Below, in pieces: positions 1 through 10,777 of a stretch of DNA of 64,000 bases (position 1 is the stretch's first letter; each line of letters starts with the position of its first letter). Made by a program: the position numbers and the translations under genes. The notes beneath the pieces are model-generated. The model had not been told where the DNA came from and made no database searches. It saw only the letters and a program-made list of their open reading frames with translations. This DNA is from Candidatus Binatia bacterium (lineage in GTDB: Bacteria; Desulfobacterota; Binatia; Bin18), in contig CAXXHG010000022.1 in the NCBI GenBank assembly GCA_963666315.2, forward strand, positions 40,343 to 104,342, written 5' to 3'.

Positions 1-155
1 AGGCCGGCGAATACGATTTTATCCCACTGACCTGATGCTCTCACCTTGAGACCCCATTCCCGCACCGGCACTACCAAAAATGGGGTCAGAAACGATTTCT
101 TCTGGAAACTGTGTTATGCACGGCTCGTACTGAGATTGTTGCAAAGGAGACGATC

Positions 156-1610
156 ATGCTGAAGACCGGTCAGGAGCATTTGGAGTCCCTGCGTGACGGG
201 CGGGTGGTCTATATTGGCAGCGAAAGAGTCGACGATGTCACGAGCCATCCCGCCTTTCGTAATGCGGCGCGCACGGTGGCGGCGATTTACGATATGAAGG
301 CCGACCCGGCGAATCGCGATGCGTTGACCTACGAAGAGGACGGCAGCCAGCACTCGATTTACTATTTGCGGGCCAAGACGCGCGACGATCTGCAACGGCG
401 TATGGTCGGGCATAGAAAAATCGCAGACCTGACGTAAGGGATGTTCGGGCGTTCGCCCGACCACGTGGCCAGCTTCGTGACCGGCATGGCCATGAAGACT
501 GACGCGCTCAAGCCGCCGTGTGGCAATCCGGATAATCTACTCGCCTATTATCGCTACGTGCGCGACCACGATATTTACACTGTCTATGCGGTGCTTCCTC
601 CCCAAGCCGCGCGTGACCCCGAGTTCTACCAGCGCCAAAACCTTCCAGTCCCAACGCTCCGCGTAGTGGGCGAGGCAGACGACAGTGTCATCATCTCTGG
701 TATGAAGATGCTGGCGACGGGGGCGATCTTCGCGAATGATATCTGGATCGGTAATCTATTACCGCTCTCGCCGGACCGGAAGAAAGAAGCCATTACGTGC
801 GCCGTGCCGTGTAATGCCTCAGGGCTGAGCCTGTGGTCGCGCAAATCTATGGAAGCGGCCTGCCGGTCGGAGTTTGATTCGCCACTGGCGTATCGGTACG
901 ACGAAACCGACAGCATGGTGGTGTGCGATCAGGTAAAGGTGCCCTGGGAGAAGGTCTTTGTGCACGACGACGCAGTGTTGTCACGCGAGGTCTATATTAA
1001 GACCCCGAGTCACTGCTTTGGTAATCACCAGTCCAACGTCCGCTATTGGTCGAAGATGCGCCTGCTACTCGGCCTGTGTAGCAAAGTTGCCCACGCGACC
1101 GGCGCAGACCAGATTCCGGCCGTGCGAGAGACGCTCGGAAAAATGGCGTCGGTCGAGAGCGCGCTCGCCGGGATGGTACATGGCCAGATCAACGCCTATG
1201 AGAGCTGGCCGGAAGGCTATGTGTGTTTTAACCGGCGGATGATGTACGCGGCGCTCGACTGGTGCACGCAGAACTACACGCAGTTTATCGATCAACTGCG
1301 TGATCTGTGTGGTGGGGGTGTGTTCCAGATGCCGGCGGACATTTCGGTGATAGAGGACGAACAACTGGCCCAGCGGTTTATGACCTACTTCCAGACGCCG
1401 CAGGCAGACCCGGTTTCGCGCATGAAGTTGTTTAAGCTGGCGTGGGATATGGTCGGCTCTGAGTTTGCGGGCCGGCATCAGCAGTATGAGAAGTTTTATG
1501 CTGGCGCCTCATTTATTGTGCGCGGCCATGCATATCGGGGGACTCCGTGGGGCGAGTTCCACACCATCATCGATGAGTCGATGGCAAGCTATAGCCCACC
1601 CAATACATGA
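156..1610 (+). pseudogene. 4-hydroxyphenylacetate 3-hydroxylase (HpaB/PvcC) family flavin-dependent monooxygenase interrupted by an in-frame TAA at 435-437
   Basis: ORFs 111..437 and 441..1610 share a frame and read MLKTGQEHLESLRDGRVVY...DVTSHPAF...ADLT*GMFGRSPDH...FAGRHQQYEKFYAG, all HpaB-family motifs. Confidence 0.85.
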
Positions 1611-1681
1611 AAGCTCTCCCTTTTTTCTGTGTTATAGCCGTTTGCTCTTGTGCGCCCCATCGGACTTGAGACAGGACCGCT

Positions 1682-1707
1682 GTAGGGGCGTATTGCTATA
1701 CGCCCTT
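1682..1707. repeat. GTAG-type REP-like hairpin between convergent genes (possible terminator role)
   Basis: GTAG followed by the GGGCGTAT-tgct-ATACGCCC stem-loop. Confidence 0.5.
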
Positions 1708-1711
1708 ATCC

Positions 1712-2074
1712 CTATCGTTTCATTCTCTCACGGTCAGGAATAAAGCGGCGCGGATCAAAGCCATCGGGCACGCCTGGCTGCTGGTACAGTTCCACGGCCG
1801 TTGTCACCTCAGCCATGGCAAGGGATAGGTATAAGAGTCGCTGTGCCTCTTCGGGCAGCGCGTCTATCGGCTCCGGTGGATATTTGATCGAAAATTGACC
1901 CAGATAGGTTAGCACAGCCTCCATGCGTGGCAGCATGGTGTCGTAGAAGGCTTGGATCTGTGTCATCGTACTGGTCAGGCGCTGCTGGTTGCGCTCCGTC
2001 TCGGTCGCCAACGCCCAGACGTCGGCCAACGGTTCAAGGTCAGTGAACGACTCGGGCAATCTCGGATTGGACAT
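1712..2074 (-). CDS. Small uncharacterised protein downstream of Rieske oxygenase (copy 1)
   Basis: MSNPRLPESFTDLEPLADVWALATETERNQQRLTSTMTQIQAFYD...; ATG at 2074, 17 bp after the Rieske stop; paralog at 26825..27151. Confidence 0.8.
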   Translation of the reverse strand: MSNPRLPESFTDLEPLADVWALATETERNQQRLTSTMTQIQAFYDTMLPRMEAVLTYLGQFSIKYPPEPIDALPEEAQRLLYLSLAMAEVTTAVELYQQPGVPDGFDPRRFIPDRERMKR

Positions 2075-2091
2075 GCCTGCTCCATCTGTAC

Positions 2092-3357
2092 TCAGTCGGC
2101 TATGAGGTCTTCCGCCACTTTGTGCGCGTGCCGAATCAGCAGCTCTTGATCCTGTACAGGATACTGGGTCAGGATGCCCGTCTCGATTCCCCGCTGCGTG
2201 TTCTCTAGGGTGCTGCCATCCTCCAGCCAAACATCCCGGGCTAAGCACTTGTTATATTCGCGGGTCACCAACTCTGCGGCGGTGGCTGGCTGCGGGAAGT
2301 AGCCGCGCGCGTTCCAGATTGAGCGATTCACCGTCACCGGCCACATGGTATGGGCGACGTATAGAAAGGGACTCAGAATCACCATATGAAAGTTGGGAAA
2401 GATATAATAGATATCAAAGAACCACTGCTTGCTGCGCGTAGGATTCACCCCCAGCGGCCAGCGGTCCATATCTCTAAGACTGGGAAACGTTTTGAGGCTC
2501 GTCCCGAATTGGGCTACCAAGAGCTCCATGGGTGTCCGCTGTGTATTCCGGCGATCACCGTAGAACGACATCATACTGTGACGCCGGAAGAGCTTTGTGT
2601 CGAGGACATGACAGGACGGCTGCTGCTTATTGACCATCACGCTGCCGGCGAAACGCTGGTGCAGCGATTTGCCGTGGTAGAATTCGAGTTGGGAATCGCG
2701 CAGAATCCTCCAGTTGCACGTCTGCTCGGCGGTATAGGACCAGCTCACCGGCAAGCGGTCAAAAGAATAACCGCGCAGCAGGTCTACCACTTCGCCTAAA
2801 TACTGATGCAGCGTTTCAGGCGGATTTGGGTCCAGATTGATAAATATAAATCCTTCCCAGACATCAGTGGCGACCGGACTGAGGCCGTAGTCACGTTTGT
2901 CGAAGTCAAAGAACATGTCTTCTTCCGGCACCCCGACCAGCCGTCCGTCTGGCGCATAGGTCCAGCCATGGAATTTGCACGTCAATCCCGAACGACATGA
3001 GCCGTATCCGTCCCACGCCAGCCGATTGCCGCGATGTTTGCACACATTGTGAAATCCCCGCACCATGCCGTCCTTGCCACGGACGAGAAGTACCGAGGTT
3101 TTGGCGACCTCAACATTCTGCACCAGATAATCCCCCGCCTGCGAAATCTCCTCCACTCTTTTTCCGGTGCACAGCCAGGTGCGGTTAAAAATTTTCTCGC
3201 GCTCCTGCGTAAAATACTCTGGAGAGAGGTAGGGCGTGACGGGTAGGGGAGCGGTTCCCAGCTCCGGATAGTCCAGCGTCCATCTTTTGCCGTTCGTGCG
3301 AGTTTGCAGGGTATCTTGTACGCTGTCTTGCACAGTGTCTTGCACAGTGTCTTGCAT
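2092..3357 (-). CDS. Rieske non-heme iron oxygenase alpha subunit
   Basis: Rieske motif NVCKHRG...TCKFHGW; mononuclear Fe motif EFYHGKSLH and C-terminal WLEDG. Confidence 0.9.
   Translation of the reverse strand: MQDTVQDTVQDSVQDTLQTRTNGKRWTLDYPELGTAPLPVTPYLSPEYFTQEREKIFNRTWLCTGKRVEEISQAGDYLVQNVEVAKTSVLLVRGKDGMVRGFHNVCKHRGNRLAWDGYGSCRSGLTCKFHGWTYAPDGRLVGVPEEDMFFDFDKRDYGLSPVATDVWEGFIFINLDPNPPETLHQYLGEVVDLLRGYSFDRLPVSWSYTAEQTCNWRILRDSQLEFYHGKSLHQRFAGSVMVNKQQPSCHVLDTKLFRRHSMMSFYGDRRNTQRTPMELLVAQFGTSLKTFPSLRDMDRWPLGVNPTRSKQWFFDIYYIFPNFHMVILSPFLYVAHTMWPVTVNRSIWNARGYFPQPATAAELVTREYNKCLARDVWLEDGSTLENTQRGIETGILTQYPVQDQELLIRHAHKVAEDLIAD
3311..3357 (-). repeat. 12-bp tandem repeat (about 4 units) encoding MQDTVQDTVQDSVQDT
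   Basis: + strand gtatcttgtacgctgtcttgcacagtgtcttgcacagtgtcttgcat. Confidence 0.8.
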
Positions 3358-3609
3358 GCTGTCCCTGGCCTCGTTTTCTTCTCTCAGAAGTTGTTTAAAA
3401 ACCTACTGCGCCATCTTGGTCTATCTTGGCAGGGGACGCAATGCGTTCCAGACTTCATACGTCCCTTCTTTGCTTGACAATCGCTCTTACTCGCAGTGCC
3501 GTTGGGTTGACAGACATCCTCCTGTGTGGAGATAAAGCCGTATGACGTAGGCTTCTTCATCGACTCTGAACATCCTTGCCTCGTATGTGAACATAGAGAG
3601 GACGGTCGC

Positions 3610-4803
3610 ATGAACTTTCAGATCAGCGAAGAATATGCACACCTACAACACCGGTGTCGGCGGCTGGCAGCAGATTTCGCCACCCGAGCGGCCGCACATG
3701 ACCGGGAAGCCAGCCATCCGCTGGAAAACTATGCGGCCCTGCGCCGTGAGGGATTCTATGCGCTCAATGTTCCCAAAGAGATGGGCGGGGGGGGAGTCGG
3801 ACTCCTCGGCTATTCACTAGCTGCCGAGGAACTAGCCCAGGGTTGTCCTGCCACCGCACTCTCGTTCAATATGCATCTATCGATCGTTGGACCCTTGCTC
3901 GAGAGTCCAATAGTCCCTCCGGCGACCAAGCAGCGCATCGCCGATCTGGTCGTGAAGGAGCAAAAGCTGATTGCTGGGAATTTCTCCGAGCCGAGGACGT
4001 CCGGGCTGTTGGCCACGTATCAACCGAGCACGCGTGCCCAACGGGTTGCTGGAGGGTACCAGATCACGGGTAGAAAAGCCTTTGCCTCCATGCTGGAAGC
4101 AGCCGACTTCTGTGCTGTGCTAGCGCATCCAGACGAAGCCGACAGCCCTGGCGCCGCTATCCTACTGCTTGTTCCACGTGAGGCGTCAGGACGACGCGTC
4201 GACCAGGTGTGGGATACGCTCGGGATGCGGGCGACCCGCAGTGACTCCCTCATACTCGACAACTGTTTCGTGCCGCAGGAAGCTACACTCTATCAGGCGG
4301 ACGACATCCTACCGTTCATCCGCGATGGGGCGAACTGGCTGTGGGCATCGTATACGGCCGTGTACCTGGGGGTGGCCGCCGCCGCCTACACAGCCGTATG
4401 CAAGATGGTGCAGGAAAGGGTACCTCGGGGCTACACCCAGTCTATGGCCCACCACCCTGATGTTCGCCATCGTGTAGCTGAAATGAGCGTGGACCTGGAG
4501 GCCGCCAGACTCGTGACGTATCACTCGGCCTGGCTCAGCGACACCCAAGGGCCGACCCGGGAGACCCTGGCGGCCCTGTTCCGAGCCAAGTATCTGGTCG
4601 GCGAGGCTGGCGCTCGAATCACGCGGACTGCCCTCACGCTGGGAGGAGCACATGCGATCTTCAAAACCGTACCGCTTGAGATGCTGTTTCGGGACGGCGC
4701 CGTCGGTCCTATTCAGTTTCCGCCCAGTGACTATTGTCTCTCCAGCGTGGGGACCTTGGAGCTGGGGTTAGATCCACGCGAGATACTGCCGCCGCTAAAA
4801 TAA
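3610..4803 (+). CDS. Acyl-CoA dehydrogenase superfamily flavoprotein
   Basis: FATRAAAHDREASHP, NFSEP, ITGRKAFAS, WDTLGMRATRS, LGGA...LFRD; probable start ATG 3610 (MNFQISEE). Confidence 0.88.
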   Translation: MNFQISEEYAHLQHRCRRLAADFATRAAAHDREASHPLENYAALRREGFYALNVPKEMGGGGVGLLGYSLAAEELAQGCPATALSFNMHLSIVGPLLESPIVPPATKQRIADLVVKEQKLIAGNFSEPRTSGLLATYQPSTRAQRVAGGYQITGRKAFASMLEAADFCAVLAHPDEADSPGAAILLLVPREASGRRVDQVWDTLGMRATRSDSLILDNCFVPQEATLYQADDILPFIRDGANWLWASYTAVYLGVAAAAYTAVCKMVQERVPRGYTQSMAHHPDVRHRVAEMSVDLEAARLVTYHSAWLSDTQGPTRETLAALFRAKYLVGEAGARITRTALTLGGAHAIFKTVPLEMLFRDGAVGPIQFPPSDYCLSSVGTLELGLDPREILPPLK

Positions 4804-4816
4804 GGAGGAATAGGTT

Positions 4817-5890
4817 ATGGCAACGGACAACGGTAAATCTTATGTCTTCGCCGGCCGGGCGGGTGATACCAGCCCAGGCATCGAATGGGTGGAAAAGCAT
4901 ATGGGTATGAAGCTGGTTGTCAAGAGCGGCTTGTACCGGAGTGTCTTCGGGCAAGGGAACTGGGAGCCGCTAACGAAGGGGCTGCCTGATGCGCCTGAGA
5001 TCCGGGCTATAACGATACACCCCCACAAGCCCGGGGTGGTCTACGTCGCTACCCAAGACGGACCGTATCGCAGTGATGACCACGGCGACCATTGGGAGAA
5101 GGTGCCTGTCCCTGACCACGGTCTGCCTATGTGGTCGCTGTTATTCCATCCGGCCGATCCACAGATCATATTCGCTGGCTACGAGTCCGCAGAGATATAC
5201 CGGAGCGACGACGCCGGAGAGACCTGGCGCCAGCTCCCGGTGAGTGTCCGGTTCCCCGACGTCACGATGCCTCCTCAGGGAATACCGTCCAAGCAAGTGC
5301 TGATGATGTCTGGCAGCATTGCCGACCGGGACGAGCTGTATGCATCCCTGGAGGTAGGGGGGCTGATCCGGTCTTTGGATGGTGGGGAACACTGGGAGAA
5401 CCTCAGCCACGGCCAATACCTCACCGACGACACGGTGGACATGCACGGCGTTCTGGCCAGCCGCCTGACCCCAGGAACTGTCACTACCATTTGCCGCGTC
5501 GGCATGTTTCGCAGCACCGATCGAGGCGACCACTGGCAGCGCGTGCCCATCGAGCCCCTGAACGATCACGGCACAACCTATTGCCGTTGCCTGCGTGAAG
5601 TCCCGGGCGATCCCACCAACCTGTGGGTGTCTGGCGGGGGAGATTTTGAGAGTAACGTCGGCGGCCTGTTCCACAGCGAGGATGGCGGTCTGAGCTGGGA
5701 CCGCGTGGATATTGGCCATGAGGTCAACAGCACTCTCTTCGCCCTGTCCATTGACCAGCGCCATTCTGACCGTATGGCATGCGCCAGCAAAAAGGGACAG
5801 GTTTTCACCAGTGCTAACGCCGGTGCAAGCTGGAATGCTCAGCCGCTACCGGCTGATGCCGACCAGGTCTACTGTGTAGCCACTGGCTAG
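4817..5890 (+). CDS. BNR/Asp-box repeat beta-propeller protein
   Basis: Repeated (Y/F)RSxDxGxxW Asp-boxes (YRSDDHGDHW, YRSDDAGETW, RSLDGGEHW, FRSTDRGDHW, HSEDGGLSW); AAGGAGG RBS. Confidence 0.85.
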   Translation: MATDNGKSYVFAGRAGDTSPGIEWVEKHMGMKLVVKSGLYRSVFGQGNWEPLTKGLPDAPEIRAITIHPHKPGVVYVATQDGPYRSDDHGDHWEKVPVPDHGLPMWSLLFHPADPQIIFAGYESAEIYRSDDAGETWRQLPVSVRFPDVTMPPQGIPSKQVLMMSGSIADRDELYASLEVGGLIRSLDGGEHWENLSHGQYLTDDTVDMHGVLASRLTPGTVTTICRVGMFRSTDRGDHWQRVPIEPLNDHGTTYCRCLREVPGDPTNLWVSGGGDFESNVGGLFHSEDGGLSWDRVDIGHEVNSTLFALSIDQRHSDRMACASKKGQVFTSANAGASWNAQPLPADADQVYCVATG

Positions 5891-5905
5891 GAGAAGGAGG
5901 ATACG

Positions 5906-6412
5906 ATGACGCTTCCCGAGTCGGCAATCGTACTCCAGCGTGGAGAGGGCAGCTACGTCAGTATCGGGACTGGCACCCATTGCACCTTCAAAGTCAGCGG
6001 CAAAGACACTGAGGGCCATTTTGGGCTGTTCGAATATACGATGGAGCCCGGGACTGAGGGGCCGCGGCACCATATTCACCGCCAGATGGCGGAGATCTTC
6101 TACGTCGTCGAGGGCGAGATCGAGCTCATCATCGGAGACCAGACGGTCACAGCTCGGGCCGGGGCAACCGCACTCGTCCCCAAGGAAGCCGTGCAGGCCT
6201 TTTCCAACCCAGGCTCGCTGCGCTCGGTGTTGCTCATTATGTTCTGTCCAGCCGACTCGCGCGAGAAATACTTCGAGGGTCTGGCTGAGCTGACCGAGGG
6301 CGGGCAGCGCCCAGATCCCCAGGCTCTGCTCGAGTTGATGCGCAAATATGATACCGAGCCCGTGGCCGAGCCGGTCTATGGCGGACCGGACACGCCATCC
6401 TCAGACCTGTAG
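5906..6412 (+). CDS. Cupin domain protein
   Basis: GPRHHIHRQMAEIFYVVEGEI cupin motif 1; motif 2 reads PKEAVQAFSN, with Gln where His is usual; AAGGAGG RBS. Confidence 0.8.
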   Translation: MTLPESAIVLQRGEGSYVSIGTGTHCTFKVSGKDTEGHFGLFEYTMEPGTEGPRHHIHRQMAEIFYVVEGEIELIIGDQTVTARAGATALVPKEAVQAFSNPGSLRSVLLIMFCPADSREKYFEGLAELTEGGQRPDPQALLELMRKYDTEPVAEPVYGGPDTPSSDL

Positions 6413-6432
6413 GAGAATGGGGAACATCGCTC

Positions 6433-7446
6433 TTAGCGGAATGCGGGCATGATCTCTTGCGCGAACAGTTCGATTGAGCGGGTGCCCTTGACTGGATCGA
6501 CCCCCGGGACCTGCATGCCCATGACTAAGTGGGTACAGGACGAGGTCTTAACAAACGCCTCGACTTTGCGCGCCACTTGGTCTGGGCTGCCCACCATCCA
6601 TGCCTGCCCATAGGGCGAGTGGCGAATGTCTCGGGCCTCTTTGATGTCCCACAGCCGCTCGTCGCCTGCGACATCGCCGCTGGTCTTAAACCAGCCATCG
6701 TACACTTGCATCATCCAGTGGGCTTGGTCCTGGATGTCCTCCCACGCCTCGTCCTCGGTGGGCGCTACATACACGAAGTGCAGCTGGGTGGTCGAAAAAT
6801 CAGCCGGCGTGCGTCCCTGCTGTTTCAGCAGCTCATAGTAGCGGGGAGCCCAGTCCGGGCCCAGCGTAAGGTGCAGGTGATAGCCCTCGCGGACAGCTCG
6901 CTGCATGGCCTTTTCGGTACGCGCGCCAATCCAGATGGGGGGATGGGGCTTTTGCACAGGTTCGGGCTGGATATGGACATCTTTGATCTGAGTAAATTTC
7001 CCTTCGAACGTGACTGTGTCGTCAGTCCACAGGCGTCGGATCAGGTTGAGCCCCTCAGCCAGGCGGGCCGAGCGCTCTTTGCGGGGCATACAAAAGCCGG
7101 AGAATTCATCGACGCGATAGCCCTGTCCGACCCCGAGATCAAACCGCCCCTTGGAGAGGTTATCAATGAAAGCCACGTCTTCGGCCACACGCACCGGATG
7201 ATAGAATGGGAGCAGCAACACAAACGTGCCAATGCGGATGCGTTCGGTCCGCGCCGCAATGGCGGTCGCGGCGTGTAACGGCGTGGGGTTATAGTCCCCG
7301 CTGAAGTGGTGTTCGGTCAGCCAGATATTGTCATAGCCGAGCTCGTCGGCCCGCACACACTGGTCAAGCAAGAGCCGGTAGAGATCGGCATAGGGCCGGA
7401 ACCAGGGAGCGGGATTACGAAAGTCATGCATCAGTCCGAATTTCAT
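6433..7446 (-). CDS. Luciferase-like (LLM class) flavin-dependent oxidoreductase
   Basis: MKFGLMHDFRNP, IWLTEHHF, HPVRVAED, GRFDLGVGQGYR, PVQKPHPPIWIG; AAGGAGG RBS before ATG 7446. Confidence 0.9.
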   Translation of the reverse strand: MKFGLMHDFRNPAPWFRPYADLYRLLLDQCVRADELGYDNIWLTEHHFSGDYNPTPLHAATAIAARTERIRIGTFVLLLPFYHPVRVAEDVAFIDNLSKGRFDLGVGQGYRVDEFSGFCMPRKERSARLAEGLNLIRRLWTDDTVTFEGKFTQIKDVHIQPEPVQKPHPPIWIGARTEKAMQRAVREGYHLHLTLGPDWAPRYYELLKQQGRTPADFSTTQLHFVYVAPTEDEAWEDIQDQAHWMMQVYDGWFKTSGDVAGDERLWDIKEARDIRHSPYGQAWMVGSPDQVARKVEAFVKTSSCTHLVMGMQVPGVDPVKGTRSIELFAQEIMPAFR

Positions 7447-7645
7447 TGCTGCCTCCTTGTGGCTCCCCCTGTAGCGCTGAATTTGTAGGGCTGAACTGTA
7501 GCGGTTGTGTACCACACAGAAAAGGCTGCGGGGCAGAGCCGACATACGGCGCTTGCCCCATCATCAAGAGCCGCACAGAGCTTGAGAACACGATCCGGGT
7601 CGCTTATGGTCTCTTGGACCGGCAGGCAGCAAGCGGTGGGAAGCC

Positions 7646-8440
7646 ATGATGAATGATATCGAGACACCGGTCGGAGAGCGTTTGTCAGTCGGGGACATTG
7701 AGCTCGAAGTGATACGCCAGGGTACGGGTCGGCCAGTCCTGCTCCTGCACGGCATGCACAACGTCAATCCGCGGGCGCGTTTTCTCGAACTGCTCGGCAG
7801 GCGGGCGGAGATCATAGTCCCCTCACACCCTGGCTTTGGCCACTCAGAGCGCCCGGCGGATTTCGACACCGTATACGACTTGGTACACCTGTATTTAGAC
7901 GTCCTCGAAGCGCTGTCCTATGAGCGGATCACACTTATGGGATTGTCCTTTGGCGGCTGGCTCGCCGCGGAAATCGCAGTCAAGTGTAGCCATCGCGTCG
8001 ACCGGCTCGTCCTCGTAGACGCCTTTGGCATCAAGATCAGCGATCGCGAGACACCAGATATCTTAGACGTCTTCAATACATCACCCCAGGCAGTGCAGCG
8101 ACACAGCTGGCACGATCCTGAGAAGTGGGCGCCGGATTTCAACGCTCTATCGGACGACGAAATTGTAGTCCGCGCCCGGAACTGGGACGCGCTGTGCCTG
8201 TACGGCTGGCACCCCTATATGCACAACCCCCAGCTGAAACGTTGGCTGCGTCGGATCAAGCAGCCGACGCTGGTGCTGTGGGGGGCGAGCGACGGGATCG
8301 TGACGCCGTCGTACGGACGGGCCTACAGCGCGTTGATTCCTGGCTCGCGCTTCGAGCTCATTGTTAAGGCGGGACAGCATCCCGAGATCGAGCAGCCCGA
8401 GGCCCTTGTCGATTGCGTCGCTGCCTTCTTGGAACAATAG
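7646..8440 (+). CDS. Alpha/beta-fold hydrolase
   Basis: LLLHG, HPGFGHS, nucleophile elbow GLSFGG, PTLVLWGASD, AGQHP. Confidence 0.85.
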   Translation: MMNDIETPVGERLSVGDIELEVIRQGTGRPVLLLHGMHNVNPRARFLELLGRRAEIIVPSHPGFGHSERPADFDTVYDLVHLYLDVLEALSYERITLMGLSFGGWLAAEIAVKCSHRVDRLVLVDAFGIKISDRETPDILDVFNTSPQAVQRHSWHDPEKWAPDFNALSDDEIVVRARNWDALCLYGWHPYMHNPQLKRWLRRIKQPTLVLWGASDGIVTPSYGRAYSALIPGSRFELIVKAGQHPEIEQPEALVDCVAAFLEQ

Positions 8441-8472
8441 GGCTGAGCCAGAAAGAGGCTAAAGAATACGCT

Positions 8473-9720
8473 ATGGAAGTCTGGTATCACAACGAGAACC
8501 CGTATCCCTTCGTCCCACCAGACGTACTCGACCGCGCGGATTCCGTCCGTGCCAGCCTGCCGAATAAGTATTGCGATCCACAGATCGCTGCTGACCTGTT
8601 CGAGGAAACCTTTGACGAGTTCATGCTGTGCGACGAGCAGGGAATCAATGTCGTCGCCATCGAGCATCATGCCGGAATCAATTCCCTGTTCGGGGCCAAC
8701 CCGCTGGTCCTGGGTATCCTGGCCCGCCAGATACGCAAGGTCCGCATTCTCAGTATGGGGACGTTGATCTCACTGCGGCCAGACCCGGTCCGGGTCGCGG
8801 AGGAGTATGCCACGGCAGATGTTATTTCCCGCGGGCGTCTGGATATCGGCTTCGTGAAGTCGGGCGCCAGTGAGATGGCGTCTAACAATGCCAACCCGGT
8901 CACGAATATTGAGCGCTACTGGGAGGCGATCGATCTCGTCACTAAGGCGTTGACCTTTCAGGAGGGACCGTTCAGTTGGGAGGGGAAGCACTATACGCAC
9001 CGGCATGTGAACATCTGGCCACGCCCCTGGCAGCAGCCGCATCCGCCGCTGTGGGCGGCGATGGGCGACCCGGAAACCGCGAGCGAGGTTGGCCGGCGGG
9101 GGATGGTCAATGTGCTGGTCCTGCGCGGCGAGGAGGGGACCAAGCGTGCCTGGGCCGCGTATCGACAGGCGCGAGCGAAGGCTGGACTACCCAAGGTCAT
9201 GACCGACCACTTTGCGTATGCAGCGTTAGTCTATGTCGGTGACACCCACGACGAAGGTGTCAAAATTGGGAGCAAGCTGCTGTGGTTCCTCAACACGAGT
9301 CTGAAGATGGCGCCCCAGTACGCGCAATTTCTGCCTGGCGCAACACCGTCGCACTTTGCGCCGCAGGTCTACCGCACCGCACCCAAGCCGGATGCTCAGG
9401 ACGAGGGGTCGGCTAGCAGCAGCCGTGCGCAGTCGGCGAAAGCAGACAAGCCCGTCGCTCCGGCTATCCTGAACGTCGGGGGGCTTACCAACATCGACAC
9501 GGCGCAAGCCATGGCGCGGGGGATTCTGTTCGCCGGTAGCCCTGACACCGTCTACCGGCAGATCGTGGATTTCTACAGCAAGGTCGGCGGCTTTGGTCAC
9601 TTGGTGATGATCGGGCGGTCAGGATACATGACGCATGCCGAGGCCGAGAAAGGCATCATCCTCTTTGCCAAGGAGGTACTGCCCCGGCTGAAGGAGATTG
9701 CGCCTGTCACCGCGGGCTGA
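8473..9720 (+). CDS. LLM class flavin-dependent oxidoreductase
   Basis: IEHH, DPVRVAEEYATADVISRGRL, WPRPWQQPHPP, LFAKEVLPRL; probable start ATG 8473. Confidence 0.88.
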   Translation: MEVWYHNENPYPFVPPDVLDRADSVRASLPNKYCDPQIAADLFEETFDEFMLCDEQGINVVAIEHHAGINSLFGANPLVLGILARQIRKVRILSMGTLISLRPDPVRVAEEYATADVISRGRLDIGFVKSGASEMASNNANPVTNIERYWEAIDLVTKALTFQEGPFSWEGKHYTHRHVNIWPRPWQQPHPPLWAAMGDPETASEVGRRGMVNVLVLRGEEGTKRAWAAYRQARAKAGLPKVMTDHFAYAALVYVGDTHDEGVKIGSKLLWFLNTSLKMAPQYAQFLPGATPSHFAPQVYRTAPKPDAQDEGSASSSRAQSAKADKPVAPAILNVGGLTNIDTAQAMARGILFAGSPDTVYRQIVDFYSKVGGFGHLVMIGRSGYMTHAEAEKGIILFAKEVLPRLKEIAPVTAG

Positions 9721-9781
9721 CGAGGCGGGTCTGCCCCACAGGTTTTGCTGCTCCCCAATCCTCACGCTAGCGCTCGCTGCG

Positions 9782-10777
9782 TTAGTATCCCAGCTGTTTG
9801 TTCACGACCCCGACGAGGGGCTCGCCCAGGTGGATGCGGCGCAAGTTTTCACAGAAGCGTTCGAGATTGCGAGTAGCGCGGAGTTGGCTGGCACCGGCGG
9901 TGTGCGGAGTCATGACGACGTTCTCAAATGTCCATAGGGGATGGTCAGCTGGCAATGGCTCGATCGGAGCGACATCGAGCGCAGCACCGCCACACCGACC
10001 GTCTTGCAGGGCTCGTACCAACGCCTCCCCGTCAATGATCTCACCTCGGGTGATGTTGACGAGGAGCGCTCCCGGTTTTAGGTGCGCGAACGTTGCATCG
10101 TTGAATAGCTGCCGCGTCTCGGCTGTGAGCGGACAACAGATCGCGACCACGTCAGAGGAAGCGAGCAATTCGGCCAACCGATCGTGTCCCCACACCGTGT
10201 CCACTCCATCCGACGCTGGCACGGGCCGCTCGTCGAGGGCTAACACGTGCATCCCAAACGCCACAGCCCGGCGGGCCATCGCCCGACCTGTCCCCCCGAA
10301 GCCGACGATGCCCATCGTCAGCCCCTCAAGCTCGATCTCTTTACGCCGCATAGCCTCGCGTTCCTGCCAACTGGCAGAGCCGAGGCGGATGGAGGTCGCG
10401 ATCTGGCGGGTGAGCGCCAAGAGGAGGCCGAACCCGGTGTCTGCCAGGTGTCCGCCCACCAGGCCTTTTTCGCCAGTCAGCACAACATGGGAATCACGCA
10501 TCGCCGGGTAGAGAAACATATCCACACCTGAGGCGATGGCGTGTACCCAGCGTAGGCGGGGGGCGGCGTGGAACAACGACTCGGGCAGGAAGCCGAGGAT
10601 GACCTCGACATCATCGGCCATGGCGATAGCATCGCGCACATGAGGGGCGACCTTGATAGTCGAGCCGGGCGCTACCGCGGCCCGAATCTTCTCGAGGTCG
10701 CTACCGGACACTTCGGGCAAGGTAAGCCCGAGTAGAACGAGGATCGTTGCCGGTCCGTCCAGCTTTACATCGGTCAT
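9782..10777 (-). CDS. D-2-hydroxyacid dehydrogenase family protein
   Basis: GIVGFGGTG, LVNITRGEIID, AALDV...EPLP, TPHTAG. Confidence 0.9.
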   Translation of the reverse strand: MTDVKLDGPATILVLLGLTLPEVSGSDLEKIRAAVAPGSTIKVAPHVRDAIAMADDVEVILGFLPESLFHAAPRLRWVHAIASGVDMFLYPAMRDSHVVLTGEKGLVGGHLADTGFGLLLALTRQIATSIRLGSASWQEREAMRRKEIELEGLTMGIVGFGGTGRAMARRAVAFGMHVLALDERPVPASDGVDTVWGHDRLAELLASSDVVAICCPLTAETRQLFNDATFAHLKPGALLVNITRGEIIDGEALVRALQDGRCGGAALDVAPIEPLPADHPLWTFENVVMTPHTAGASQLRATRNLERFCENLRRIHLGEPLVGVVNKQLGY

